Positions 55,196 through 64,000 of a DNA stretch of 64,000 bases are shown piece by piece. Source of the DNA: an uncultured virus (IMG/VR IMGVR_UViG_3300008050_007680) (Duplodnaviria; Heunggongvirae; Uroviricota; Caudoviricetes). The notes beneath the pieces are model-generated. The model worked only from the letters and a program-made list of their open reading frames with translations. It was not told the origin of the DNA and ran no database searches. Position 1 is the stretch's first letter; each line of letters starts with the position of its first letter. The translations under genes and the position numbers were made by a program. Where the stretch lies: positions 1 to 64,000 of the IMG/VR virus record IMGVR_UViG_3300008050_007680; one strand, given 5' to 3'.

Positions 55196-58100
55196 TGGCA
55201 AAAAGAACAGCACTCGATTTTGGTAAACCTAGGCTATTTTCATCGACGGCTATTCGTCGCATCGTCGACGATAATGGGTCTGTTGTCAATAAAAACGCAC
55301 AAGATCTAGCAGACACAAATGTCGCCTCATCAGCCTCATTCAGATATGACCCACCATTTCTTGGCATCCGTTCGACACAACAGATTCCTACAGACTTTTC
55401 AAGCTTTGAAAATCATACATTTTTTAGCTCTGCTGAAGTCAATGTAAACGTTGCATTTGATAGAATTATTAATGAATACCCATTTGATGGAACAAGAAAA
55501 GAGGTTGAGGTATTTCTAGATTCATTAACGGGCTATGAGAAATGGGTATTTGATAGTTTCCCACGTAATAAAGGCTACTTATTCTTCTCTGGATCTTCCT
55601 CACCATCTTCTAGCGAGGGAACATACATTAGTGTTAAAGACTTTGCTGGACATCAATACCCGACTGTATCAAAGACAAGGTCGGGCGATAATATACTTGA
55701 CCCTGGTCTAAACCCATTTACTACAGAATTCCACATTTATGTGCCGGCCGAGACAAACACAGCTCAAGTAATCTGTCAAAAACTTTCTGGATCAAGTAGT
55801 GGTTTATCGATTGCCTTGACGGGTTCCGCATCTACTGCAACATGTGGTCTTCTTTTCGGGGTTAGTTCTGGATCGCATACACTTACTACGAGCATGCCAA
55901 TTACGAAGGGCCAGTTTTCGCATGTTGTAGCTACATTTGATAGAAGGCCAGGCATAAACAACTTACAGCTATTTTTAAACCAAGCGCTTGTTTCAACGTC
56001 ATCGAACATTGAAGAAATGGGTTTAATAGACTTTACTACCTCACCCCTGATTATAGGTAGCGGTTCTTTACACACAGGTATAGTAACACCCGAAGCTACA
56101 TTATCTGGAGCGATAGACGAATTCAGGGTATTTCATAGCGCCAGAACACTGAATGAACAAAAACTCTTTGCAAAAAAATCAATTTTTGCAACTCCTGAGC
56201 TAAAGTTATATTTTAAGTTCAATGAACCCTCAGGAACAATCGGTCCAGACAGCACGATTTTAGATAGTTCTGGAAACTCTTTACACTCAAAAATATCGAA
56301 TTTTTCACTCAGTTTAAGAAATACTGGTTCTATTCCCGTACCTATGCTTTCGGAAAAATTAGCAGCGAACCCAATTTTATTTCCAAGCTACGCTGGTGTT
56401 GCGGCATTCAATGAAAGTTTATTGGCCTCGGCCAGCTTATATGATAGTGATAATCCGAATATCATTACGAAGCTTATACCTGACCACTACTTCTTAGAAG
56501 GTCAGGTACATGAAGGTCTTGGTAGCGAAACTGGTTCGATAGGTGATACACTGGCTGGTAGTGGTATTCCTGGTAGCGCAGAGTTTGGAACATCACAATT
56601 AATGTCATCATTTTTGTATACATGGGCAAAGTTTTTTGACGAAATCAAAATGATGGTTGACTTGTTTGGGTCAATTACACATGTTGATTATGACAAGCCA
56701 AACTTTACAGCCGATCAGTTTTTGCCGTTTCTTGCAAATTACTATGGCTTCGAAATGCCTGCATTTTTTGTGAATTCATCAATCGAGCAATTTATTGATG
56801 CAGAAAATATCGGTAGTGACATCAGCACGAATGCTCTAGCATTACAGTATGTCCAAAACCAAATTTGGCGCCGGATATTAACGAACATTAGCGAGATTAT
56901 TAAGTCAAAGGGAACATTGCATAGTATAAAGTCACTCTTACGTTCAATGGGCATTGACGCAAATAGTAATTTCAAAATACGCGAATTTGGCGGCGCAACA
57001 AAAAGATCACTGCAGGATTCAAGAGAAGATAGATCTCGTGTAGGAACAATGCTGGACTTTAGTGGGTCTTTAGCATCAGTAGTTTCATCATTTAATACGC
57101 ATGGCATTCCGAATAATAAACCTTTTTTGAAATTGCCATATCTCTCGGGCTCAAGAACAGAGGTTGGGTTCCCTGGTGCTCGCGGACTTATGACCCAGCA
57201 TTCGATGCATAGCCCCCATGGTATCTCGAATGATGCCAGTGATGGCCTGTTCACATCTGGTTCATGGACATATGAAGCGCTATATAGACACCCCACTTAT
57301 ATAACTGGGCAACATGCCGTAACACAGAGCCTTGCTAGAATATTTACAACAGGCTCTGCGACTCAGGTAACAGGGTCAGGCGGCTTATTATTTAACTTAG
57401 TAGCTGTGTCTGGATCTATGCTCACGCTATTTGCATCTCCGGGCGTAGGCGGCACAGCTCCAACATTGACGCTGCCACTATCAGGTGCTGATGTCATGGA
57501 TGGTCATCCATGGAGTATTTCATTCGGTAGAAATAGAGGCGACGAAATTGGAGCCTTTAATTCCTCTTCATATTTCTTACGAGCAGCAAGACAAGAGTTT
57601 GGATCTATAGTAGAAAGTTATACAACGCAAAGCCTTTTTCTTGCATCAGGCTCAACAGCAGGTATGTCTGATGCACAGTCTGTTATATCACCTACACTAA
57701 ATGCTTCTGGTACATTTGTCGTGATTGGTTCGCAAAGCCTAACTGAGAACCAGTCTGGCATGTTCTTGAACAACTCCGCCGTAGGTCAAATGGCCAAAGC
57801 AACATCGTTCAGTGGAAAAGTTACGCAGATACGTTTCTGGAGTAAGGGGCTTACAAAGGGCGAAAGTATTGAGCATGCAAGAAACTATGATTCTCTTGGT
57901 GTAGAAACTCCCGGTTCAAATTTTAACTTTTCAACCGGCTTCTCAGGTTCATTCGAGAAGCTTCGTTTGGATATTACGACAGAGCAGCACTTATCAAAGA
58001 GCTCAGCAAGTGGTGATATAGAACTTTTTGACTATTCGCAGAATAATTTCCATGGCGCAGCTTCTGGATTTGAGCCATCTGTTAACGTTCTATCACCAGA

Positions 58101-58689
58101 GAGATATTTCTTTAGTCAGCTATCACCTAGGTTTGATGAAGCAGCATCGAACAATAAAGTAAGAATAAGAAGTTTCCAATCATTCGAAAATGCTTCATCA
58201 TTTAAGACGCAGATAGCTCCAGTTTATGAGATCCCTTTAAGCGAAGCTCCTGTCGATGATGCCAGGTTCTCTATAGATTTTTCTATCATGGATGCTCTAA
58301 ATGACGATATCATTAAGATATTTTCAACACTAGATAGCTTAGACAACACTTTAGGTAACCCTGAATTGTTATTTTCTCCAGATTATCCAGAGCTCGAAAC
58401 GCTCAGAAATGTTTACTTTAATAGACTAACTGGACAAGTAAGAATGAGACAATTTTTTGAATTTTTTAAGTGGTTTGATTCAATGCTGGGTATATCATCA
58501 TTTATAGAGCAGCTTGTCCCAAGGAAGACGCTATTTCTAGGGACAAATTTCATTATTGAAAGCCACATGCTTGAAAGGCCTAAGCTTGAATATCATTCGA
58601 CCGATATTTATTTGGGCGAGGCTGATAGAGACAGCAAGAAGGGTATCATATTGGTACAGCAGCTAACAGGTCAATTGGGGAGACAATAA
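55195..58689 (+). CDS. large baseplate protein with LamG-like domain and gp7-like wedge segments
   Basis: SHVVAT, IGSG, GAIDEFR; IWRRILTN...KSKGT..SIKSL..G; IESHMLERPK. Confidence 0.75.
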   Translation: MAKRTALDFGKPRLFSSTAIRRIVDDNGSVVNKNAQDLADTNVASSASFRYDPPFLGIRSTQQIPTDFSSFENHTFFSSAEVNVNVAFDRIINEYPFDGTRKEVEVFLDSLTGYEKWVFDSFPRNKGYLFFSGSSSPSSSEGTYISVKDFAGHQYPTVSKTRSGDNILDPGLNPFTTEFHIYVPAETNTAQVICQKLSGSSSGLSIALTGSASTATCGLLFGVSSGSHTLTTSMPITKGQFSHVVATFDRRPGINNLQLFLNQALVSTSSNIEEMGLIDFTTSPLIIGSGSLHTGIVTPEATLSGAIDEFRVFHSARTLNEQKLFAKKSIFATPELKLYFKFNEPSGTIGPDSTILDSSGNSLHSKISNFSLSLRNTGSIPVPMLSEKLAANPILFPSYAGVAAFNESLLASASLYDSDNPNIITKLIPDHYFLEGQVHEGLGSETGSIGDTLAGSGIPGSAEFGTSQLMSSFLYTWAKFFDEIKMMVDLFGSITHVDYDKPNFTADQFLPFLANYYGFEMPAFFVNSSIEQFIDAENIGSDISTNALALQYVQNQIWRRILTNISEIIKSKGTLHSIKSLLRSMGIDANSNFKIREFGGATKRSLQDSREDRSRVGTMLDFSGSLASVVSSFNTHGIPNNKPFLKLPYLSGSRTEVGFPGARGLMTQHSMHSPHGISNDASDGLFTSGSWTYEALYRHPTYITGQHAVTQSLARIFTTGSATQVTGSGGLLFNLVAVSGSMLTLFASPGVGGTAPTLTLPLSGADVMDGHPWSISFGRNRGDEIGAFNSSSYFLRAARQEFGSIVESYTTQSLFLASGSTAGMSDAQSVISPTLNASGTFVVIGSQSLTENQSGMFLNNSAVGQMAKATSFSGKVTQIRFWSKGLTKGESIEHARNYDSLGVETPGSNFNFSTGFSGSFEKLRLDITTEQHLSKSSASGDIELFDYSQNNFHGAASGFEPSVNVLSPERYFFSQLSPRFDEAASNNKVRIRSFQSFENASSFKTQIAPVYEIPLSEAPVDDARFSIDFSIMDALNDDIIKIFSTLDSLDNTLGNPELLFSPDYPELETLRNVYFNRLTGQVRMRQFFEFFKWFDSMLGISSFIEQLVPRKTLFLGTNFIIESHMLERPKLEYHSTDIYLGEADRDSKKGIILVQQLTGQLGRQ

Positions 58690-59529
58690 ATGCAAGGCTC
58701 ATTTGGATATTTTACGCCCTTTGTAGAAGCTAAAACAGTAAGAACAACACCTACTGTAATGACACAAACAGGCTCAAATTTGAGTGCTATAGAGCATGTG
58801 CTGCAAGGCATTTCTGTCGTTACGGAGAGACAAAAGTATTCTGGTATGTTACCAAAGTTGGGCACCGGTCGCCTCGACGGGCAGATCGAAATCACAACTT
58901 TTGGGCAATCAAAAGAGTTTAATGAGAATGAAAAGTTCGAAGAATTATTACGCTTTAACCCAGTAACGTATATAGAGAATCCAAATACTTTAATTTTTCC
59001 CGCAGTTCTTGGCAATGCATCACTTGAAGATCCAGAGAGGTTCGGTGGGTTTATAGAACCATTAACAATAGATTCTAGAGAGCTCTTAAAGTCATTACAA
59101 GCACTTGATGATGACCCTCATAGAATTAGAGGGCATATACAAGACGGAAATGAGGATTCATTTACTAAAACATCGAAGATTGTACAATTCATAGATAATT
59201 TTGATGATTCACTTCCAGATGACCTATATATCGATTCTACGTCACATATCGGCTCATTAGGTGGTGATATTCTTATTCCAGGCTATTTTCCAGAATCAGA
59301 GAAAAAAATTGCACCATTTGATGAAACGATTACACAGGGTAAAGTATTTATTCCAGGAAGCATCGCTGGTTCAAGTACGGGCGATATAGAGAGTGCAATA
59401 ATAGCAATGACCAATTCAGCGACAGATGATATACCTGGTATCGATTATAAGTCTATGGGAGCAGGATTTACATATTCAAATAATCCTGCAGGCACAGATT
59501 CTATCGCTTATGGCGGTCTAAAGAGATGA
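58690..59529 (+). CDS. hypothetical structural protein
   Basis: Within the structural operon; C-terminal GTDSIAYGGL. Confidence 0.7.
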   Translation: MQGSFGYFTPFVEAKTVRTTPTVMTQTGSNLSAIEHVLQGISVVTERQKYSGMLPKLGTGRLDGQIEITTFGQSKEFNENEKFEELLRFNPVTYIENPNTLIFPAVLGNASLEDPERFGGFIEPLTIDSRELLKSLQALDDDPHRIRGHIQDGNEDSFTKTSKIVQFIDNFDDSLPDDLYIDSTSHIGSLGGDILIPGYFPESEKKIAPFDETITQGKVFIPGSIAGSSTGDIESAIIAMTNSATDDIPGIDYKSMGAGFTYSNNPAGTDSIAYGGLKR

Positions 59530-62135
59530 CTAACATCAACTTAGCATCTCGTATACAGATACGAGACGAGGATAACACGACTGGTAGTTATCCTACTATT
59601 TCTAGAACGAGTACAGATCGCCCCGGTACATTTGGCAGCAGGTTCGATGATACAAACTCTATTGTGTTTATTGAATCTACACAGATCACATTACCCGCTG
59701 GGTTACCTTTATCATCACCATTTATTACTGACCAGACATCCTCATTCACGTCAGTAACTGGGGCCGTACGGAAAGGTATCGCCGACGGCATCGCAATATT
59801 CTCTACTGGTCAGATACTGTCTGCCTTCGATGATAGCTTACATCCTGAGCAAAGTGTCTATGATAACTTTCATGAAACTGGTTCAACATTAGCAACCGTA
59901 GGGTTCGGGTTTACATCACCCTTACGAAGTAAGACTAAACTAACTGTAAACTTAAACCAGTCATTGACTACAACACTGCAATTATCATCATCGTTAAACA
60001 ATGATAGGGTAGATGGCACCGGCAGTTATCCTATGGCATATTACAATTTTGATAAAGTGTCCTGGGAAAATGTTGGCCAAGGGACAGGATATAATACAAA
60101 CTCGCCTACAGCGGATGGACAGCCTGATCACAACTTAGCAACTCAAATGTTAGGCTTTTCGCCATCATTTTTGGGTGATGGTAATATTATAGGCAATTCT
60201 TCGCAGTCGGCAATCCCATTTGATGCATTCGGATTTCCTACCCACCAAAAATTTCATGCAACTTCATCGCAAGTTTACCCAGTTTCTAACTTGATAGACA
60301 AACCCTTTCTAGTAGAAAAGGTTATATATGAATGTTCTGCATCATTTAGCGGAACTGGTGACTTTATTGAACAATCTGAGGGCCTCTATAACACATTTTT
60401 TGTCTTGAACCAGAGAGGTCCATTTTCTGCTTCAATAAGTAATGGCCCATATTTACTAACTGACACCAAGCAACTAACAACATCAATTCCCTCTGGTATC
60501 ATTTTATCACAAAATGGTTCACCTACATACGTTGATACTCAGCGTGATATCGTTACATGGTTGCAAGTTGCATCATTTTCTTCGACCATTAACTCTTCTT
60601 CGTCTGACCACTCAAACTTTGCTCTTAGGGAAAAGAATATAATATCTACGACAGGAGCTAACTGGTCAGATAAACTGATATTGTCGGGCGTCGCAAAAAC
60701 ACCCGCGAAGGTAGGGTTGCATAGTAGCTTTAATGATAACGATGATGTCAATGAAGAACCTGTAACTTATCGTTTCGGTGGCCGAGGCAATTTAGGAAAG
60801 CCATCAGGAAGAGATCTTGTCTCTGGATTCGTTTCGAACATCGGGAATACACCAATTGCCTTAACGGATTTTAACAAAGCTACTGTAATTTCTGGTACAA
60901 GTCCGTACATCATTATGCCAGGTGATAAGCTTATTTTTGGGTGGCAAGTTGCTCAACCTGGTTCACCAGTAAGCGTCGCAAATGCATTTAATCCAACACT
61001 AACGTTACCACCGGCGTCTGGTAGGTTAACATTATATGGGTCATACATTTGTGATGCTCAAGAAATTCATGATTCACTCAACCAGCAATTAACGACAAAT
61101 GCTGTACATGAAGACGTGAGAGGAACTGGGATTATTCATGATCAGTTCGACGTCGAGCAATTAACACAGTTTTCTGGTACAATAAATGCTAGATTTTTAA
61201 CTGGTACTATCGGGTTAGCGGAGTCTAGGCGCGTCCAAGCATCAACAATCTCTTTTGACAGAAATGTAAGTCATCATAAACTTTTATCTGGCTCATTTAT
61301 CCCAGGATTTATTCGGGGTACTCAACATACATCGGAGAATGAAAGGTTCTTTGATACATTATTACCAGATCCAGCTGAAATAACTGCGCTGAATGGTGTC
61401 TTAGTTGAGTGGCAATCAAACGGCGGAACGCTGGCTAACCAAAACATGATTAACTTAGGTCACGTTATGACTGGTGATAGCAACACAGACACTACGTGGC
61501 CCTTAGCTTTTCCGTTTGAGCCAAAATATTCATCGTTAAACAGAAATCTAACGTTACCGACAGTGGCAGATCAAACATTCATACCCGGTGTAACTAGGCG
61601 TTCTCCGATGTCCATTAAGAGATCTAATGATCTTTTATTCTCTACTCAAAGGTATTCACTATTAAATGCTAAAGATAGGGTAAGCTCAGCAGGAGATTTT
61701 ACTCATCACAGTGCAGCTTCATCAAGAGATATGCTTTTGCATTATTATGGTACAGGCGACTTTTTCTCTGGTAGCGTAAAGCCTTTTGAGGTCAGGTCTG
61801 ATAAATATATTTTTGGCTCCGTACATAGAGGCTTCAAGTATGGCATCTTGAACCCAATAAAGCAATTTACAAAGGCCATCTTCAAGAGAGATCACTATGG
61901 ATATTTCAGAGATATGCTTGAGCAGCGCTTAGATGCAAAATTCTATGATATTATAGGGTTAACAAGCGATGGTATAAAGTCTGGGGGCCCAGCTCTACGC
62001 ACAAGCCCCATTACTATACGCTTCGTTGCGTCAGGTTCGAATACAGCAGTTACACCTATTACAACAGATTCTTCAAACTTAAGTCACGAAGCAACATCTA
62101 GTTTACCCTATTTTGATGGGGTATCAAGGAACTAA
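59526..62135 (+). CDS. hypothetical structural protein (S/T/G rich)
   Basis: 869-aa ORF; GFKYG, YGYFRDMLEQR, SNLS..ATSSLPYFD. Confidence 0.7.
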   Translation: MTNINLASRIQIRDEDNTTGSYPTISRTSTDRPGTFGSRFDDTNSIVFIESTQITLPAGLPLSSPFITDQTSSFTSVTGAVRKGIADGIAIFSTGQILSAFDDSLHPEQSVYDNFHETGSTLATVGFGFTSPLRSKTKLTVNLNQSLTTTLQLSSSLNNDRVDGTGSYPMAYYNFDKVSWENVGQGTGYNTNSPTADGQPDHNLATQMLGFSPSFLGDGNIIGNSSQSAIPFDAFGFPTHQKFHATSSQVYPVSNLIDKPFLVEKVIYECSASFSGTGDFIEQSEGLYNTFFVLNQRGPFSASISNGPYLLTDTKQLTTSIPSGIILSQNGSPTYVDTQRDIVTWLQVASFSSTINSSSSDHSNFALREKNIISTTGANWSDKLILSGVAKTPAKVGLHSSFNDNDDVNEEPVTYRFGGRGNLGKPSGRDLVSGFVSNIGNTPIALTDFNKATVISGTSPYIIMPGDKLIFGWQVAQPGSPVSVANAFNPTLTLPPASGRLTLYGSYICDAQEIHDSLNQQLTTNAVHEDVRGTGIIHDQFDVEQLTQFSGTINARFLTGTIGLAESRRVQASTISFDRNVSHHKLLSGSFIPGFIRGTQHTSENERFFDTLLPDPAEITALNGVLVEWQSNGGTLANQNMINLGHVMTGDSNTDTTWPLAFPFEPKYSSLNRNLTLPTVADQTFIPGVTRRSPMSIKRSNDLLFSTQRYSLLNAKDRVSSAGDFTHHSAASSRDMLLHYYGTGDFFSGSVKPFEVRSDKYIFGSVHRGFKYGILNPIKQFTKAIFKRDHYGYFRDMLEQRLDAKFYDIIGLTSDGIKSGGPALRTSPITIRFVASGSNTAVTPITTDSSNLSHEATSSLPYFDGVSRN

Positions 62136-62136
62136 C

Positions 62137-63054
62137 ATGTCAGGTATTTTAGACAGCAAAACAAGAATGCTTGATACCGTCGTTACAGACGAGGGCAAGA
62201 GACAAATAGCTGCCGGCGAATTAAGAATAAAATTCGTCTCGTTTACAGATTGTAACACATTTTATGAAAGTGACATAATCAGCGGGTCAACAGACGCATC
62301 TGATAGATTATTCCTTGAGGTTGGTTCGCTGCCCCAAGATAGAATAACATTTGAGTCAGATGATTCTGGAAAGCTTAAACCTTTAAGAGGTTCAAATATT
62401 GATGTTCTCGATGGCAAGATTTTATCAGGTTCATCTACATCATTTCTTGGAGTTGTTACTGGATCCGCATTTTCAAGCTTGGCAGAGGTACTTGCTGATA
62501 CAACAGTCAACAATTTTCAAAAATTGCAACTAATTAGAACAGAAGATAATTTCTTTGATGCAGAAAACGAATTCGCTGTGAATACAAACGAAGTAGAATT
62601 TAGTATTTCTGATGCTGCACCTATTAACCCCGGACAAATGACGACAGCAAATATAGATGATGTTGAAACATTGTTTCAGGATAAGAGGCTGTCTCACCTT
62701 CCGAACTTCAAATATCTACCGCCAGTAAACACCGACGGCACATCACTTGGTGATTATCCTTTGCTTGGCCAGCAAAAGAGTGAGTTGTCATATACACAGC
62801 TCATGGGTGAATTGGCCAACAAAGAAAAGCGTGTTATAGAGTTTTCACAAAATACACTACAAGCGAACGTAATGTGTCAATTTTTTGAATTTAAGCAAGA
62901 TCGACTTTTGAAGTTAGACGCTATTGATTTTGGCGAAATTTCAACTGGAGATCAAGATTTCCCAAATAAGAGAATATATTTCATAGGGAAGCTATTTATT
63001 GATAGCTTCGGCGCTCATACATTCGTGAATATATTTACACTTATTTTTGAGTAA
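62137..63054 (+). CDS. hypothetical structural protein
   Basis: MSGILD.K.R..D..VT..G start, as recalled for tail/baseplate proteins. Confidence 0.7.
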   Translation: MSGILDSKTRMLDTVVTDEGKRQIAAGELRIKFVSFTDCNTFYESDIISGSTDASDRLFLEVGSLPQDRITFESDDSGKLKPLRGSNIDVLDGKILSGSSTSFLGVVTGSAFSSLAEVLADTTVNNFQKLQLIRTEDNFFDAENEFAVNTNEVEFSISDAAPINPGQMTTANIDDVETLFQDKRLSHLPNFKYLPPVNTDGTSLGDYPLLGQQKSELSYTQLMGELANKEKRVIEFSQNTLQANVMCQFFEFKQDRLLKLDAIDFGEISTGDQDFPNKRIYFIGKLFIDSFGAHTFVNIFTLIFE

Positions 63055-63066
63055 TACAGGTGATAT

Positions 63067-64000
63067 ATGAAAATCGCAAGCAAAAAAACATCCGAATTAC
63101 TTAAGGTCGATAATAATTTCGCACAACTTTTAAAGATAGAGGGCGGAATATTTTATTACAAGTTTGAATATAGATCTTCAACGATCGATGCACTTAGAAA
63201 AGGCGCAAATATAGTTAGGTTGTCTGTTAGAAAAAGTTTACCCCTGCAAGAAGATAACATCTTCAAGAGTGCTGGTAAATCGAATTATGAACTTATTGAA
63301 GATATACTACATTATGAACCAAAGAAAAAGTCGGCAAAAAGAGATGATGAGTCAAGTATACTGGTAAGAAAAAACTCTGATATCACGTCGAAGCTAAACA
63401 ATGATCTCATCTCTAGCATAAAATTAAGCTCTTTGCCAGCAAGCAGCATAATGCCTGCTCGTAAAGTTGTCGACTTAAAAACTGTCACGGAGATAAGGGC
63501 TTCAAACTTGAATGTACCAGTCATACAAAACTCAGTAGCCCGGTCACAAGAAACATCATCACGACAAGGTCATCAAGTAGCGGCAGTTGATATGATATTC
63601 AATGATGGTGTTGATCCATCTACAGTAGCTGCAAGGTATAGACCATCTGTAGGGACAGAAAAAGCATTTCGTGGCGTCGCTCCTATTGCACAAGAACAAG
63701 TTGAAACGCCCACGGTAAATGCGCAAGATTCACGCCGAAGATTTCTTATAGATACATTATTAAGTAATGTTAAGAAAACAATAACATTAGGTGATCTTGC
63801 AGCAAATACACCAGTTCCAGTAGTTTCTAATAAAAAACAAATTGACGTAAGAAATTCTGAGCTTGTTCTAGTGCCTGAGGTCGATGTCGGCTTAGAAGAT
63901 TTCTATGTCATTTTTGAGCTTATAACTAGCACCGGTGAAGTACTAGAGTCACAAGCAAGAAGAGTAAACCACAGCTTTCTATCAAAAGTATTTAATACAC
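63067..64000 (+). CDS. hypothetical protein, truncated by the window end
   Basis: AGGTGA RBS, ATG at 63067 (MKIASKKTSELLKVDNNF); the start and end of the stretch read open in the same frame. Confidence 0.7.
   Translation, partial: MKIASKKTSELLKVDNNFAQLLKIEGGIFYYKFEYRSSTIDALRKGANIVRLSVRKSLPLQEDNIFKSAGKSNYELIEDILHYEPKKKSAKRDDESSILVRKNSDITSKLNNDLISSIKLSSLPASSIMPARKVVDLKTVTEIRASNLNVPVIQNSVARSQETSSRQGHQVAAVDMIFNDGVDPSTVAARYRPSVGTEKAFRGVAPIAQEQVETPTVNAQDSRRRFLIDTLLSNVKKTITLGDLAANTPVPVVSNKKQIDVRNSELVLVPEVDVGLEDFYVIFELITSTGEVLESQARRVNHSFLSKVFNT

Noticed and set aside
26034..57296. Longer antisense ORFs such as 26034..26666, 50201..50665 and 56742..57296
   Set aside because: Fully nested opposite well-supported genes with no motifs; treated as shadow ORFs
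1..64000. Eukaryotic giant virus origin, suggested by GT29 and viosamine-like genes
   Set aside because: gp25/gp6-like baseplate, sigma-type factors, ClpS, SD sequences and overlapping operons indicate a bacteriophage
1..64000. Stop-codon reassignment
   Set aside because: Long genes are intact in the standard code, TAA, TAG and TGA all end genes, and no suppressor tRNA is present

Overview
AT-rich, densely coding, almost entirely + strand 64 kb segment that reads as part of a large (jumbo-type) myovirus with T4-like structural genes, in the standard genetic code. All protein calls come from motifs read by eye, not from database searches. Layout: (1) 0-12 kb, host-takeover/accessory genes: three tandem tRNAs, two metallophosphoesterases, a RelA/SpoT-type HD hydrolase, an RNA ligase-like protein, a PNK-like kinase, HNH and GIY-YIG nucleases, ClpS, a secreted beta-helix protein, a lipoprotein operon, an orphan tail-tube-like protein and an AAA+ ATPase. 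(2) 12-19 kb: a GroEL homologue with degenerate ATPase motifs, a DinG helicase, an Hc1 histone-like protein, an AVE-repeat protein, a stand-alone sigma region-4 protein and PIN-PhoH. (3) 19-48 kb: a very large glycan locus with about 11 glycosyltransferase genes including a GT29-type sialyltransferase, RfbB/DegT/GNAT, Gmd, NeuB/NeuA, an aldolase-KdsB fusion, methyltransferases and a 2OG-Fe(II) oxygenase. It is interrupted by islands of small duplicated ORFs and followed by a capsid-protein-like fragment, a Cas4-like nuclease and a probable ADP-ribosyltransferase. (4) 48-64 kb: a gp55-like sigma factor and a baseplate module (gp5-, gp25-, gp6-like and S/T-G-S-rich structural proteins). Most interesting leads: a putative phage-autonomous ulosonic-acid virion glycosylation system; truncated decoy-like copies of capsid and tail-tube proteins; and a TGTAWW-N17-(-10) promoter class that could be read by the stand-alone sigma-4 protein.
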